Positions 29,118 to 38,274 of a stretch of 61,901 nt of DNA are shown piece by piece. Position 1 is the stretch's first letter. Each line of letters opens with the position of its first letter. A program made the position numbers and the translations under genes. Source of the stretch: an uncultured Acidobacteriaceae bacterium. GTDB taxonomy: Bacteria > Acidobacteriota > Terriglobia > Terriglobales > Acidobacteriaceae. The stretch is taken from NCBI GenBank assembly GCA_964249375.1, contig CAXUCK010000002.1:1-61901 (forward strand), written 5' to 3'. The notes under the pieces are model-generated. The model made no database searches. It was not told the DNA's origin and saw only the letters and a list, made by a program, of their open reading frames with translations.

Positions 29118-29597
29118 GTGAAAGGCGTGCTGGCGGGAGGTCGGGGGAGAGTGGCTTCAGCAGCCTTGGCCGCCTTATGTCTGGTGCCCGCTGGCGCATG
29201 GGGGCAGGTGTCCGGCGCGACGCTGAGGGGCGATTCGGCGCATCCGGCAGAGGCTCGGGGCTGGGTTGAAACGCAACTCTTTTTCGGATTAGGTCGAGTT
29301 GACGGTGTTGGTGGTGCTTCGCATAAGAGCGTGCGCGAATCGGTGTGGCGACGATTTCTGGACAAGGAAGTAACCCCGCGCTTCCCTGCCGGGCTGAGTG
29401 TTTCGGACGTCTACGGGCAATGGCAAGGCAAGGAGGAACGTCGGCCGGAGAGGTTGCGGTCGAAGATGCTGATTCTGCTCTACCCGGCGACGGAGGAAAA
29501 CGCAAGCCGGATCGGTGCGATTCGGACAGCGTGGAAGCAATGGACGGGAGATGAATCAGTGCTGAAGGTGACTGAGGCAGCGGAGGTGTCGTTTTAG
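29118..29597 (+). CDS. DUF3574-family exported protein
   Basis: TQLFFGL...WRRFLDKEVTPRFPAGLSVSDVYGQW...ESVL; start uncertain. Confidence 0.78.
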   Translation: MKGVLAGGRGRVASAALAALCLVPAGAWGQVSGATLRGDSAHPAEARGWVETQLFFGLGRVDGVGGASHKSVRESVWRRFLDKEVTPRFPAGLSVSDVYGQWQGKEERRPERLRSKMLILLYPATEENASRIGAIRTAWKQWTGDESVLKVTEAAEVSF

Positions 29598-29599
29598 TT

Positions 29600-30052
29600 A
29601 TGGCGCATCGACTAACGACGACTCAGTACGGTGTCCTGCTTGCAGTCATGTTGACGGCCTCGATTGGGGACACGCTGCTGTCGCACGGCATGAGCGAGGT
29701 TGGACCAGTCTCGTTTTCACACCTGGGCATGCTGTTGCGAGCGCTCGAGAATCCTTGGGTGGTCGCGGGAGTTCTCTGCCTGATCGGCTTTTTTGCAACA
29801 TACCTCAGTGCGCTCTCGTGGGCAGATCTCACGTTTGTGTTGCCTTCAACCGCGTTCGGGTACGTCGTCATTGCGCTCATCAGCCATTTCTGGCTCCATG
29901 AGCAAATTTCCGTCTGGCGATGGACGGGCATCGCGCTGATTGTGTGTGGAGTGGGATTCGTGGCCAATGGGCCAGCGTTGACCGAGCAGCCGGCAAAGGT
30001 GCATGAAGCAGATGGGGAGAGACTGAACGCGAGGTCGACAACAGCGGTATGA
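29600..30052 (+). CDS. Small DMT/EamA-like 4-TM membrane protein
   Basis: Four TM helices, LSWADLTFVLP, LHEQISVWRWTG. Confidence 0.82.
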   Translation: MAHRLTTTQYGVLLAVMLTASIGDTLLSHGMSEVGPVSFSHLGMLLRALENPWVVAGVLCLIGFFATYLSALSWADLTFVLPSTAFGYVVIALISHFWLHEQISVWRWTGIALIVCGVGFVANGPALTEQPAKVHEADGERLNARSTTAV

Positions 30053-30453
30053 CTTCTCCGGTGCTGCATCAGCCCAGCCTCGTGCTGACTTGGGGGACCA
30101 TTCTCGCGGTAGCTGTGACCGCCGTTGCCGGAGATGTGTTGACTGCCGGGGCGATGCGACGGATCGGGGATCTCGATGAGGTCCGGGCTCGGGCCGGGGT
30201 ACTCGGAGCTGTACGGAAGGTGGTGTCGTTGCCTTTGTTTCTGCTGGGCGTGGCAGCCATGGCGGTCTCATTCTTTACGCTGCTCTTTACCTTGTCGAGG
30301 GTAGATGTGTCGCTGGCAGCACCTGCTTCCGCTGCGCTTACGTTCATCGGGAATGCATTCGCGGCAAAGGTCTTCCTTCACGAAAATGTAGACCGGCGAC
30401 GGTGGCTGGCAGCCATCTTTGTTTGTGTTGGAGTGGTTTTGCTGGCGCATTGA
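30049..30453 (+). CDS. Small DMT/EamA-like 4-TM membrane protein
   Basis: LSRVDVSLAAP, FLHENVDRRRW; ATGA overlap with the previous gene. Confidence 0.82.
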   Translation: MTSPVLHQPSLVLTWGTILAVAVTAVAGDVLTAGAMRRIGDLDEVRARAGVLGAVRKVVSLPLFLLGVAAMAVSFFTLLFTLSRVDVSLAAPASAALTFIGNAFAAKVFLHENVDRRRWLAAIFVCVGVVLLAH

Positions 30454-30487
30454 CGCGGCGAAGACAAGCAACAAACGCACGAGCAGG

Positions 30488-31903
30488 TCAGGCGCGGCTG
30501 AACCACCGCATGATCCCGGAGGCGGGAAGTTCCGGAGTGAGAAAACGTTGCGGAGTGTTAAGGACGGAGCCGGCAGCAAGGCGGCCAGATCGAACGGCGC
30601 TCTCCATGGTGGAAGGCCACTCCGTGCGTGTCCAATCGCCAGCAAGAAAGAGCCCCGTCCATGCAGTTTCCTGCGCGGGGCGGTAGCGATCAAGGCCGGG
30701 GGTGACGGAAAACGTAGCTCGAGCCTCCTTGAGCACAGCACTCTTAACGAGTCGGGCCGACTTGGCTTCGGAGAAGAAAAGCCCGAGCTCTCGAAGCGCT
30801 TCGGCCAGAATTTGCTCGCGAGAGAGATCGAGTTCGGCGAAGGAGCCGCTGATCACAAGCTCAAGATAGCTGCCGCGCTCGGCGGGCCAGTGACGAATGC
30901 GGGACTTGTGGAACAGCCACTGAATACGTGTGTCGAGCAGGGCGGCATGATCGAGAGTAGTGATATCACGGTCATACCAGAGATGAATGGTGGTGATGGG
31001 GGCGGGGTGGAAGTGTTCGGCTACAGCTTCGGCATGAATTCCCGCCTCAGCGGGAGTTTCGTTGCGGAGAGGGCCCAGGAGCTGCTCCGTTTGGCGAAGA
31101 TCGGTGGCGAGGATCACGGCAGGCGCTTCGAGGGTCTGACCACCGGAAAGCTGGAGAAACCAGCTCCCCCCTAGATTACGATGGAGGCGCTCCAGACGGG
31201 TGCGAAGCCGGAGGGTGGCCCCGTGCGTGACAGCCACTTCAGCGACGGGGGCGAAGAACTCCGATAAGGGGCGCGTGGGAATACCGAGGCGCCCGCCTTC
31301 GCCGGAACGAAGCATCGACTCGTGAAACACTTTGCCTGCGTACTTGACCGAGCATCGGTCGAAGCCGTCGTTCAGGGTGGCGACAATGATCGGCTCCCAG
31401 AAGTGGCGGATGGCACGATCAGTTTGGCCAGTGCGGCGAAGCCACGAGGAGAAGCTTTCCGCATCGTCATGCGGATAGCCGCGGAAGAACTCGAGCATAC
31501 CGCGAGCAATTGCCAACTTGTCGCGTAAGCCGAGCATGGGGGCACGCAGGAAGCTCTCGGTCTGGTGCATGGGCGCAGGTAGGGCGCCGGGACGCAGCCA
31601 GCTCTGCTGGCCATTCGGCTCCAGGAAAACCATATCGTCGTACCAGCGGATCCAGTCGGCGATGCCGGCCTCCTGAGCCAGGGAGATCACATTGGTGCAG
31701 CAGCCGAGGACGACATGCTGAGAGTCAATCGCTTCGTTGAGAGAGGGGTGCTGATAAGAATAAGCTCGTCCGCCAAGATAGGGTCGCCACTCTATCAGAG
31801 TGACCCGCGTTCCGGCGCGGGCAAGAGCGGCAGTTGCGGCCAGGCCGGCAAGACCTCCACCAACGACAACAACGTCAGGGCCACGCGTCGCTGAAGTGTT
31901 CAT
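30488..31903 (-). CDS. hpnE: Hydroxysqualene dehydroxylase HpnE
   Basis: VVGGGLAG, LGGRAYS, DSQHVVLGC, LAGDWT..EWPSTMESAVRSG. Start ATG 31903 overlaps the hpnD stop. Confidence 0.88.
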   Translation of the reverse strand: MNTSATRGPDVVVVGGGLAGLAATAALARAGTRVTLIEWRPYLGGRAYSYQHPSLNEAIDSQHVVLGCCTNVISLAQEAGIADWIRWYDDMVFLEPNGQQSWLRPGALPAPMHQTESFLRAPMLGLRDKLAIARGMLEFFRGYPHDDAESFSSWLRRTGQTDRAIRHFWEPIIVATLNDGFDRCSVKYAGKVFHESMLRSGEGGRLGIPTRPLSEFFAPVAEVAVTHGATLRLRTRLERLHRNLGGSWFLQLSGGQTLEAPAVILATDLRQTEQLLGPLRNETPAEAGIHAEAVAEHFHPAPITTIHLWYDRDITTLDHAALLDTRIQWLFHKSRIRHWPAERGSYLELVISGSFAELDLSREQILAEALRELGLFFSEAKSARLVKSAVLKEARATFSVTPGLDRYRPAQETAWTGLFLAGDWTRTEWPSTMESAVRSGRLAAGSVLNTPQRFLTPELPASGIMRWFSRA

Positions 31904-32796
31904 GGGAGAAAGCGGTTGCGGACAGCCATGGCTAGGCCGCGAGCGAAAATGGCGATCTTCTCGCCGGTGGGAACCCGCGGCCGGGTGGGAAAGACGTTCA
32001 TATCCTGGGCTGCGATGCGGCCAAGAAGACGATGGTAAATGGTGACGAGCACCCACATAGCGGCGCGGCTGTCGCGGTCGAGCAGGGGGATCAGCTTATT
32101 GCCAGAGAGGTAGTACTTCTCGGCGCGGACGCCCAGCGTGGCGAGCAGAGCGCGCTCATCCTTGCCCATTTCCGCTGCACCTTCGGCGAGCTCGGACCAC
32201 CGTCCGAGGGGAACCTGGAATTCCTCCATGAGCTCCACGGGAATGTAGACGCGGCCACGTTGAGCGTCCTCCTTTACGTCTCGGAGAATATTGGTGAGCT
32301 GGAACGCCACTCCGGTTTCTTCCGCGTAGCCTTCGGCGCGCGGATCGGTGTAGCCGAAAATGCGGATCGTAACCAGGCCAACGACCGAAGCGACAAGGTA
32401 GCAATACTGGTACAGATCTTCAAAGGTGGAGTAGGTTTGAAGGTTTCCGTGAGCAGGATCGAGATCCATCGAGGTGCCAGCGACAAGCTCCTCGAGAAGT
32501 GCGTCGGGGATGCCGAAGCGACGCTGCGTATCCGCTAACGCCACAAAAACTGGGTCGTCCGAGGGAGCAGTGCGAGTGGCGCGCCAACTTTCGACCCACT
32601 GCTGCATTTCCGCGCGGCGGAGCTCGACGGGTTTTGATTCATCATCGGAAAGGTCATCCGCCCGCCGCATGAAGGCGTACACGGCACACATCGCATCGCT
32701 TTTTGCCGACGGGAGAACGCGAAAGGCCCAGTAGAAGTTTTTCGCCTCGCGCCTCGCGACGCTGCGGCAATGTCGGTAAGCTTCGGCCGTAGTCAC
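31900..32796 (-). CDS. hpnD: Presqualene diphosphate synthase HpnD
   Basis: NFYWAF, YAFMRRADDLSD, YCYLVASVVG, FQLTNILRDVKED, GRVYIP. Confidence 0.88.
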   Translation of the reverse strand: MTTAEAYRHCRSVARREAKNFYWAFRVLPSAKSDAMCAVYAFMRRADDLSDDESKPVELRRAEMQQWVESWRATRTAPSDDPVFVALADTQRRFGIPDALLEELVAGTSMDLDPAHGNLQTYSTFEDLYQYCYLVASVVGLVTIRIFGYTDPRAEGYAEETGVAFQLTNILRDVKEDAQRGRVYIPVELMEEFQVPLGRWSELAEGAAEMGKDERALLATLGVRAEKYYLSGNKLIPLLDRDSRAAMWVLVTIYHRLLGRIAAQDMNVFPTRPRVPTGEKIAIFARGLAMAVRNRFLP

Positions 32797-33800
32797 CGCG
32801 ATCCCACCTTGGTGGGGGATGTCGAACGAGTACCCGCGCGGAGCTTGCCGCTGAGGGCCTGAGTCAGCAAAAGGAGCTTGCGTGATTTCGACACGACAGG
32901 GCGGCCGCGCAGAGTGTCGTAACCCTGGCGGGCGATGCCGTCGAGGATAGCTTCGCCACCGGCAGAGAAGAGGCGGAGGGTGACCGCGAGCTCTGCGTCT
33001 ACGGTGGAAGGAAGGTCTGCACCCTCGCGCAGAAGCGTCCGGGTGCGGTCAACGAGGGCCTTGGTCATCGCCCGGAACTCTGGGGTGAAGACGCGACCTT
33101 CGATCTGTCCTTCTTGAACGCCGAAGCGCTCCATGTACTCAGTAGGCACGTATCGGCGAGGGATCGCCGAGTCGCGGACCATATCCTGCCAGAAGTTAGC
33201 GAGCTGCAAAGCCGTGCAGATGTGGTCAGAAAGCAAGCCGCGGACTTCATCGCGGTAGCCGCAGATCATCAGCACAAGGCGACCGACGGGGTTGGCGGAG
33301 TACCGGGAGTACACCACGCTTTCCTCCCAGGTGTTGTAGTGCGCTTTGATCTGGTCCTGTTGAAAGGCATAAATCAGGTCGTGGAAGAGTTCACGCGGGA
33401 GATCGCAGGCGGTGATGGTTTCCCGGAGGGCAACGAAGACGGGGTGACGGCTCTGCTCCGGAGCGTCGAAACACTGGTCAAGCATCCCCGCCCAGGTGCT
33501 GAGCAGGCGCAGAGCCGTGCCGGTATCGGCGACCTCATCGCCAAGGTCGTCGGAAACCCGACAGAAGCTGTACAGCGAATCGAAGTGGGGTCGTACACGT
33601 CGCGGGAGAAACCACGTGGCAACATGAAAATTTTCGTAGTGAGTCCGAGCGAGGTGGCGGCACCAAGCTTGGGCCTCGGCAAGCGTGGGGCGATCTTCCG
33701 GAGTCAGAAAACCCACGGGTGCGCCGTTGAGGGCGTCCCAGGCGGAAGGTTGGCGCTCGACGAGGGTGGGACCGAGGTGAAGGTTTGCAGCCGCACTCAA
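32793..33800 (-). CDS. hpnC: Hydroxysqualene synthase HpnC
   Basis: HYENFHVA, DDLGDE, YSRYSANPVGRLVL, ALQLANFWQD. Confidence 0.9.
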   Translation of the reverse strand: MSAAANLHLGPTLVERQPSAWDALNGAPVGFLTPEDRPTLAEAQAWCRHLARTHYENFHVATWFLPRRVRPHFDSLYSFCRVSDDLGDEVADTGTALRLLSTWAGMLDQCFDAPEQSRHPVFVALRETITACDLPRELFHDLIYAFQQDQIKAHYNTWEESVVYSRYSANPVGRLVLMICGYRDEVRGLLSDHICTALQLANFWQDMVRDSAIPRRYVPTEYMERFGVQEGQIEGRVFTPEFRAMTKALVDRTRTLLREGADLPSTVDAELAVTLRLFSAGGEAILDGIARQGYDTLRGRPVVSKSRKLLLLTQALSGKLRAGTRSTSPTKVGSR

Positions 33801-34924
33801 AGGTCAACCCCTGCTGGGAACACAGCGGTCTTGATGTCCAGGCGGGAAAGGTCCTCGTCATCCCCGGATGCGGCAAGTGTCATGCTTCTTCCTGCTTCCG
33901 CGGAGTGTGCTCCGCGATGCGTCATACGGGCAAACAGGCCGGGAACCTCGCGTAGCCAGGCGCGCCCTGTGATGTAGTCGGCAGATTTGAAGCGGCCACT
34001 GGTAATCAGCTCGAAAGCGGTGCGGCAGGTGGCGGGAGTGTGATGGAAGCTGGCTTTGAGCGTAATGTCTCCATAGTGGAGCCGGTTGGTGTCGAGACCA
34101 ACAACGGTGCCAGTGGGTGGACCGCCAAAAAAATTAACCAGGCCGCCTTTGCGCACCATAGCGACCGCCTGCTGCCAGGTCGCGGGGGTCGCAACCGCTT
34201 CGATCGCGATGTCGACGCCCCGGCTCTGGGGAGTGAGGTCGCGAACGGCCTGTACAGGGTCGGATACATCTCCCAAACGAACGACCTCAGCGGCTCCAAA
34301 GTGCCGGGCAGCGGCGACCTGGCCGGGCCGCTTCACCAGCGCGATGACGCGCAGGCCGTAGACCGCGGCGACATGCAGGAACATGAGGCCAATCGGACCT
34401 CCACCGAGCACCGCCATCGTGTCACCCGGCTGCGCATGCGATTCTTCCAGGCCGCGAACGACGCAGGCGAGCGGTTCAGTGAGGGCGGCGTGCTCGAGCT
34501 TGACGTGCGAGGGGACGTGCAAAGTGTTCTTCTCCACGATGCGGGCGGGAACCCGGAGGTACTCGGCGTAGGCGCCGTTGTTGAAGAGGAGATCTTCACA
34601 CAGGTTTTGTTGGCCGTGCCCACACCAGAAACAATGATCGCAGGGAGCCGAATTGAGCGCGACAACGCGATCGCCGGGAGCAAAATTCCGGACCCCGGGG
34701 CCGGCCTCACTTACGACCCCGGCGATTTCGTGACCGAACGGGATAGGGGGCTGCAACATGGCAGCATGGTAGCCGCGGCGATAAACCTTGAGGTCGGTGC
34801 CGCACGTGAGCGCTGCGCCGACCCGGAGGATGAGTTCGCCGGGGCCTGCCTGCGGCATGGGAAGGCGCTCCAGGCGCAGGTCCTCCTTGCCATACAGGAC
34901 CGCCGCTGTCATTTCTTGCACCAT
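33797..34924 (-). CDS. Zinc-dependent MDR dehydrogenase (sorbitol/threonine dehydrogenase-like)
   Basis: CGTD, FGHE, structural Zn CDHCFWC...C, GGGPIG; stop overlaps the hpnC TTG start. Confidence 0.9.
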   Translation of the reverse strand: MVQEMTAAVLYGKEDLRLERLPMPQAGPGELILRVGAALTCGTDLKVYRRGYHAAMLQPPIPFGHEIAGVVSEAGPGVRNFAPGDRVVALNSAPCDHCFWCGHGQQNLCEDLLFNNGAYAEYLRVPARIVEKNTLHVPSHVKLEHAALTEPLACVVRGLEESHAQPGDTMAVLGGGPIGLMFLHVAAVYGLRVIALVKRPGQVAAARHFGAAEVVRLGDVSDPVQAVRDLTPQSRGVDIAIEAVATPATWQQAVAMVRKGGLVNFFGGPPTGTVVGLDTNRLHYGDITLKASFHHTPATCRTAFELITSGRFKSADYITGRAWLREVPGLFARMTHRGAHSAEAGRSMTLAASGDDEDLSRLDIKTAVFPAGVDL

Positions 34925-35029
34925 TGCTCCATTTTCTCACTGGGTAGACGCGTGAGAGGTTCCAGAGGATGCGGGAGTTGCGCGACCTCAAAGGATGCCA
35001 CGCATCTGATACCCTGAGCCTGAGAAGAC

Positions 35030-35809
35030 ATGCCCCTTGTTTCCCCTGAGGTATTTGCCAAGCAGACCGTCGCGGCAGTGCAGGACTATTCCATCCTTGC
35101 CGGCCGAGCCGTCGGTAACCTGTTTTCGCGGCCGCGCTACTGGGCGGATATCTATACACAGATGGACTCAATCGGCTTTGGATCGCTGCCGATTGTGGTG
35201 CTGACGGGGTTTTTCACAGGGTGCGTGCTGGCGCTCCAGTCGGCAACTTCGCTCCAGCAGTTCGGCGCAGTGGGGATGACAGGCAACCTGGTCGCGCTCT
35301 CCATGGTGAAAGAGCTTGGTCCGGTGTTGACCGGCCTGATGGTGTCGGGCCGAAACTCATCGGGCATGGCCTCAGAGCTTGGGTCAATGAAGGTGACCGA
35401 GCAGATCGACGCGATGCGGGCTCTCGGGACCGACCCGACGCGGAAACTGGTGACCCCGCGGCTGACGGCCACGGTGTTTATGCTTTTTTTTCTGACAATT
35501 TTGTCGGACGCTGTCGGGATCGCGGGCGGGGCGCTTGTGTCAGTGTTTTTGCTGGGGCTAAATGCAAGCAGTTACTTCCACAATTCCTACAGGTCGCTGG
35601 TGTATGCGGATGTCGTCCAGGGTCTGACGAAGCCACTGTTTTTCGGGTTCATCATTGCGTCGGTGGGATGCTACTTCGGGATGAACACAAAGGGCGGCAC
35701 GCAGGGTGTGGGGCGTGCGACGACGCAGGCGGTGGTGATCTCGTCGGTGTTCATCATTGTGGTCGACTTCCTGGTCTCACGGACGATGATCGGCATTTTT
35801 GGCCGCTAG
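35030..35809 (+). CDS. mlaE: MlaE-family ABC permease
   Basis: ELGPVLTGL, ELGSMKVTEQIDAMRALG, GVGRATTQAVV. Confidence 0.9.
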   Translation: MPLVSPEVFAKQTVAAVQDYSILAGRAVGNLFSRPRYWADIYTQMDSIGFGSLPIVVLTGFFTGCVLALQSATSLQQFGAVGMTGNLVALSMVKELGPVLTGLMVSGRNSSGMASELGSMKVTEQIDAMRALGTDPTRKLVTPRLTATVFMLFFLTILSDAVGIAGGALVSVFLLGLNASSYFHNSYRSLVYADVVQGLTKPLFFGFIIASVGCYFGMNTKGGTQGVGRATTQAVVISSVFIIVVDFLVSRTMIGIFGR

Positions 35810-35866
35810 CCGGATAAGGTCCGCTGCTATCATCAGACCGTTCGACACACACACATCAGCTCGCGG

Positions 35867-35892
35867 GGAACACCTTGCGGGCAGTTTGCGTA
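35867..35892 (+). promoter_or_regulatory. Candidate ECF-sigma promoter
   Basis: GGAAC-N17-CGTA upstream of the MacA-like gene. Confidence 0.5.
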
Positions 35893-35945
35893 TCAAACCT
35901 GACGGCGGTTCTCTGGCGGGCTGAGCTCTGTGGAGATGGAGTGAG

Positions 35946-37358
35946 ATGAGCACGAAAAAGATAGTTCTCGCGGTTGTGGCTGTTCTGATCCTGGCTGGGG
36001 TCGCAGTCGGCACGGTGCTGCATGGGCAGGCCGCGGTGACCAAGGTCGACATGCAGAAGGTGACGCGCCAGGACTTGCAGTCGATCGTCAGCGGAACCGG
36101 GCAGATCAAGCCCAAGACCTATGTGAACATCGGCGCCACGGCGTTCGGGCGCATCACCCACCTGAATGTGCGTGAAGGGGATCACGTCAAGCGTGGGGAG
36201 GTACTGGCCACCCTGGAGAATGTGCAGCCTCAGGCCACGGTCGCCGCGCAGCAAGCGACCATTGCGTCGTCAAGGACGGACGTAAACTCATTTGCCGCGG
36301 CGGAACAGACTGCGGAGGCGAATGTGACGCAGGCGAAAGCGGACCTGGAACAGAAGCGGCTCGACTTCGACCGGGCTCAGGCGCTCTACAACGACAAGCT
36401 GATTGCGAAGCAGGATTACGACAGCAAGAAGGCCGCCTTTGATGTGTCTGCGGCCACCTTACAGCAGCGGCAGGCCGCTCGGGCACAGGCTCTGGCGCAG
36501 ACCGACTCGCAGCGGGCCAAGGTGAACCAGGCGATTGCAAGTCAGCGATCCAACTATGACGCCCTGGACAAGACGGTCAGTCGGGCACCCTTTGATGGGC
36601 TAGTCACCAACGTGCCAGTGCGCGAGGGCGAGACCATGGTGACGGGCATTCAGAATGCCGAGGGATCAACCCTAATGACGCTTGCTGATATGTCCGTTAT
36701 TACCGCCGAGGTAAAGGTCGATGAGACGGACATTGTGAATGTGCGGATGAATCAGCCGGCGGACGTTACGGTCGATGCGTTGCCGGGCAAGATCTTCAAG
36801 GGGCACGTCACAGAAGTGGGGGATCAGGCCTTGCTGCGCACAACCGGTGTGGCGACGAGCCAGAGCACGACGGGCACCGAAGAAGCGAAAGATTTCAAGG
36901 TTGTGGTGACTTTGGATCAGGGTACCGACGAGTTGCGGCCAGGACTTTCGGCTACGGCCAAAATCACGACGGCTAAAAAATCGGATGTGCTGACGATCCC
37001 CATCCAGGCGTTGGTGGAGCGGAATGCGGACGAGGAGAAAGCGGCTGCCGCGGCTGCGACGAGTGGGGTGAAGGTCGTGGCCGTTTCCGCGCCGGCAGCC
37101 ACCTCGGGTGGGAACAAACCAGCGACAACGCAGGGCGTCTTTGTAGTGAGGCAGCAACATGGCAAGATGCGGGTCAGCTTCGTACCGGTATCGACGGGCA
37201 TTACGGGAGCTACGGATATCGAGGTAACGAGCGGCTTGCAGCCTGGGGATGAAGTCGTCACCGGGCGATACAAGGTGCTCCGCGGCCTGAAGAGCGGGAC
37301 GTTGGTGAAGAAAGAAACTGCGGTGGAAGCGGCTGTTCCCACGGAGTCGGCAAGCTAG
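35946..37358 (+). CDS. MacA-like periplasmic adaptor subunit
   Basis: N-terminal TM, VREGDHVKRGEVL, RAPFDGLV, VDETDIVNV, LRPGLSA. Confidence 0.88.
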   Translation: MSTKKIVLAVVAVLILAGVAVGTVLHGQAAVTKVDMQKVTRQDLQSIVSGTGQIKPKTYVNIGATAFGRITHLNVREGDHVKRGEVLATLENVQPQATVAAQQATIASSRTDVNSFAAAEQTAEANVTQAKADLEQKRLDFDRAQALYNDKLIAKQDYDSKKAAFDVSAATLQQRQAARAQALAQTDSQRAKVNQAIASQRSNYDALDKTVSRAPFDGLVTNVPVREGETMVTGIQNAEGSTLMTLADMSVITAEVKVDETDIVNVRMNQPADVTVDALPGKIFKGHVTEVGDQALLRTTGVATSQSTTGTEEAKDFKVVVTLDQGTDELRPGLSATAKITTAKKSDVLTIPIQALVERNADEEKAAAAAATSGVKVVAVSAPAATSGGNKPATTQGVFVVRQQHGKMRVSFVPVSTGITGATDIEVTSGLQPGDEVVTGRYKVLRGLKSGTLVKKETAVEAAVPTESAS

Positions 37359-37375
37359 ATTCAGTCTGTTTGAGG

Positions 37376-37400
37376 GGAACTGCAAGTCGGCCTGAACGTA
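37376..37400 (+). promoter_or_regulatory. Candidate ECF-sigma promoter
   Basis: GGAAC-N16-CGTA upstream of the ABC ATPase; it overlaps a TACAAT hexamer. Confidence 0.5.
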
Positions 37401-37458
37401 CAATCTCACAGAGTCGGCCGCTGACAAGGCGGACAGGACACCCGGAGCAAGACACACG

Positions 37459-38220
37459 ATGACCACCGAAGAGCAGCGTGAGACGGAGAAGAGCAACCTC
37501 ATCGTGGGTCCGGCAGAAGGCGATGTCATTGTTACGGACAACCTATGGAAAACATACTCGATGGGCGACCAGGAGGTGCATGCGTTGCGCGGTGTGAACC
37601 TGCGGATCCGGCGCAACGAGTATGTGGCGATCATGGGGCCGTCGGGCTCGGGTAAATCAACGCTCATGAACCTGATCGGATGTCTGGATACGCCGTCCCA
37701 AGGCCGATACTGGCTGAATGGGCACGATGTTTCCGAGCTAAACGACGACCAGTTGGCGCGTATTCGGAATAAAGAGATTGGGTTTGTCTTTCAGACGTTT
37801 AATCTGCTGGCTCGGGCCACGTCGCTGCACAACGTAGAGCTTCCGCTCATCTATAACGGAACGTCAGCGACGGAGCGGGTCGCACGAGCGAAGGCCGCGC
37901 TGGAGTCGGTCAACCTGGGTACGCGCATGATGCACAAGCCGAATGAGCTTTCGGGGGGACAGCGTCAGCGCGTGGCGATTGCTCGGGCTCTGGTGAACAA
38001 TCCCTCCATCATTTTGGCCGACGAGCCGACCGGAAACCTCGACTCGAAAACCGGAGACGAGATTATGGCGCTGTTTGATGAGCTCCATGCGAAGGGCAAC
38101 ACGATCGTCCTCGTCACGCATGAGCCGGACATCGCAGAATATGCACACCGGGTAGTGACGATCCGCGATGGCGTCATTGCCAGCGATCAGGTGTCGAGCC
38201 GCATGCGCACAATGGCCTGA
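37459..38220 (+). CDS. MacB/LolD-type ABC ATP-binding protein
   Basis: [46 protein letters not shown]. Confidence 0.93.
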   Translation: MTTEEQRETEKSNLIVGPAEGDVIVTDNLWKTYSMGDQEVHALRGVNLRIRRNEYVAIMGPSGSGKSTLMNLIGCLDTPSQGRYWLNGHDVSELNDDQLARIRNKEIGFVFQTFNLLARATSLHNVELPLIYNGTSATERVARAKAALESVNLGTRMMHKPNELSGGQRQRVAIARALVNNPSIILADEPTGNLDSKTGDEIMALFDELHAKGNTIVLVTHEPDIAEYAHRVVTIRDGVIASDQVSSRMRTMA

Positions 38221-38274
38221 ATGGGGGATGGATGCACGGTCTCATCGCTCGTCGTGCGCGTCTAAACTTGTAGC

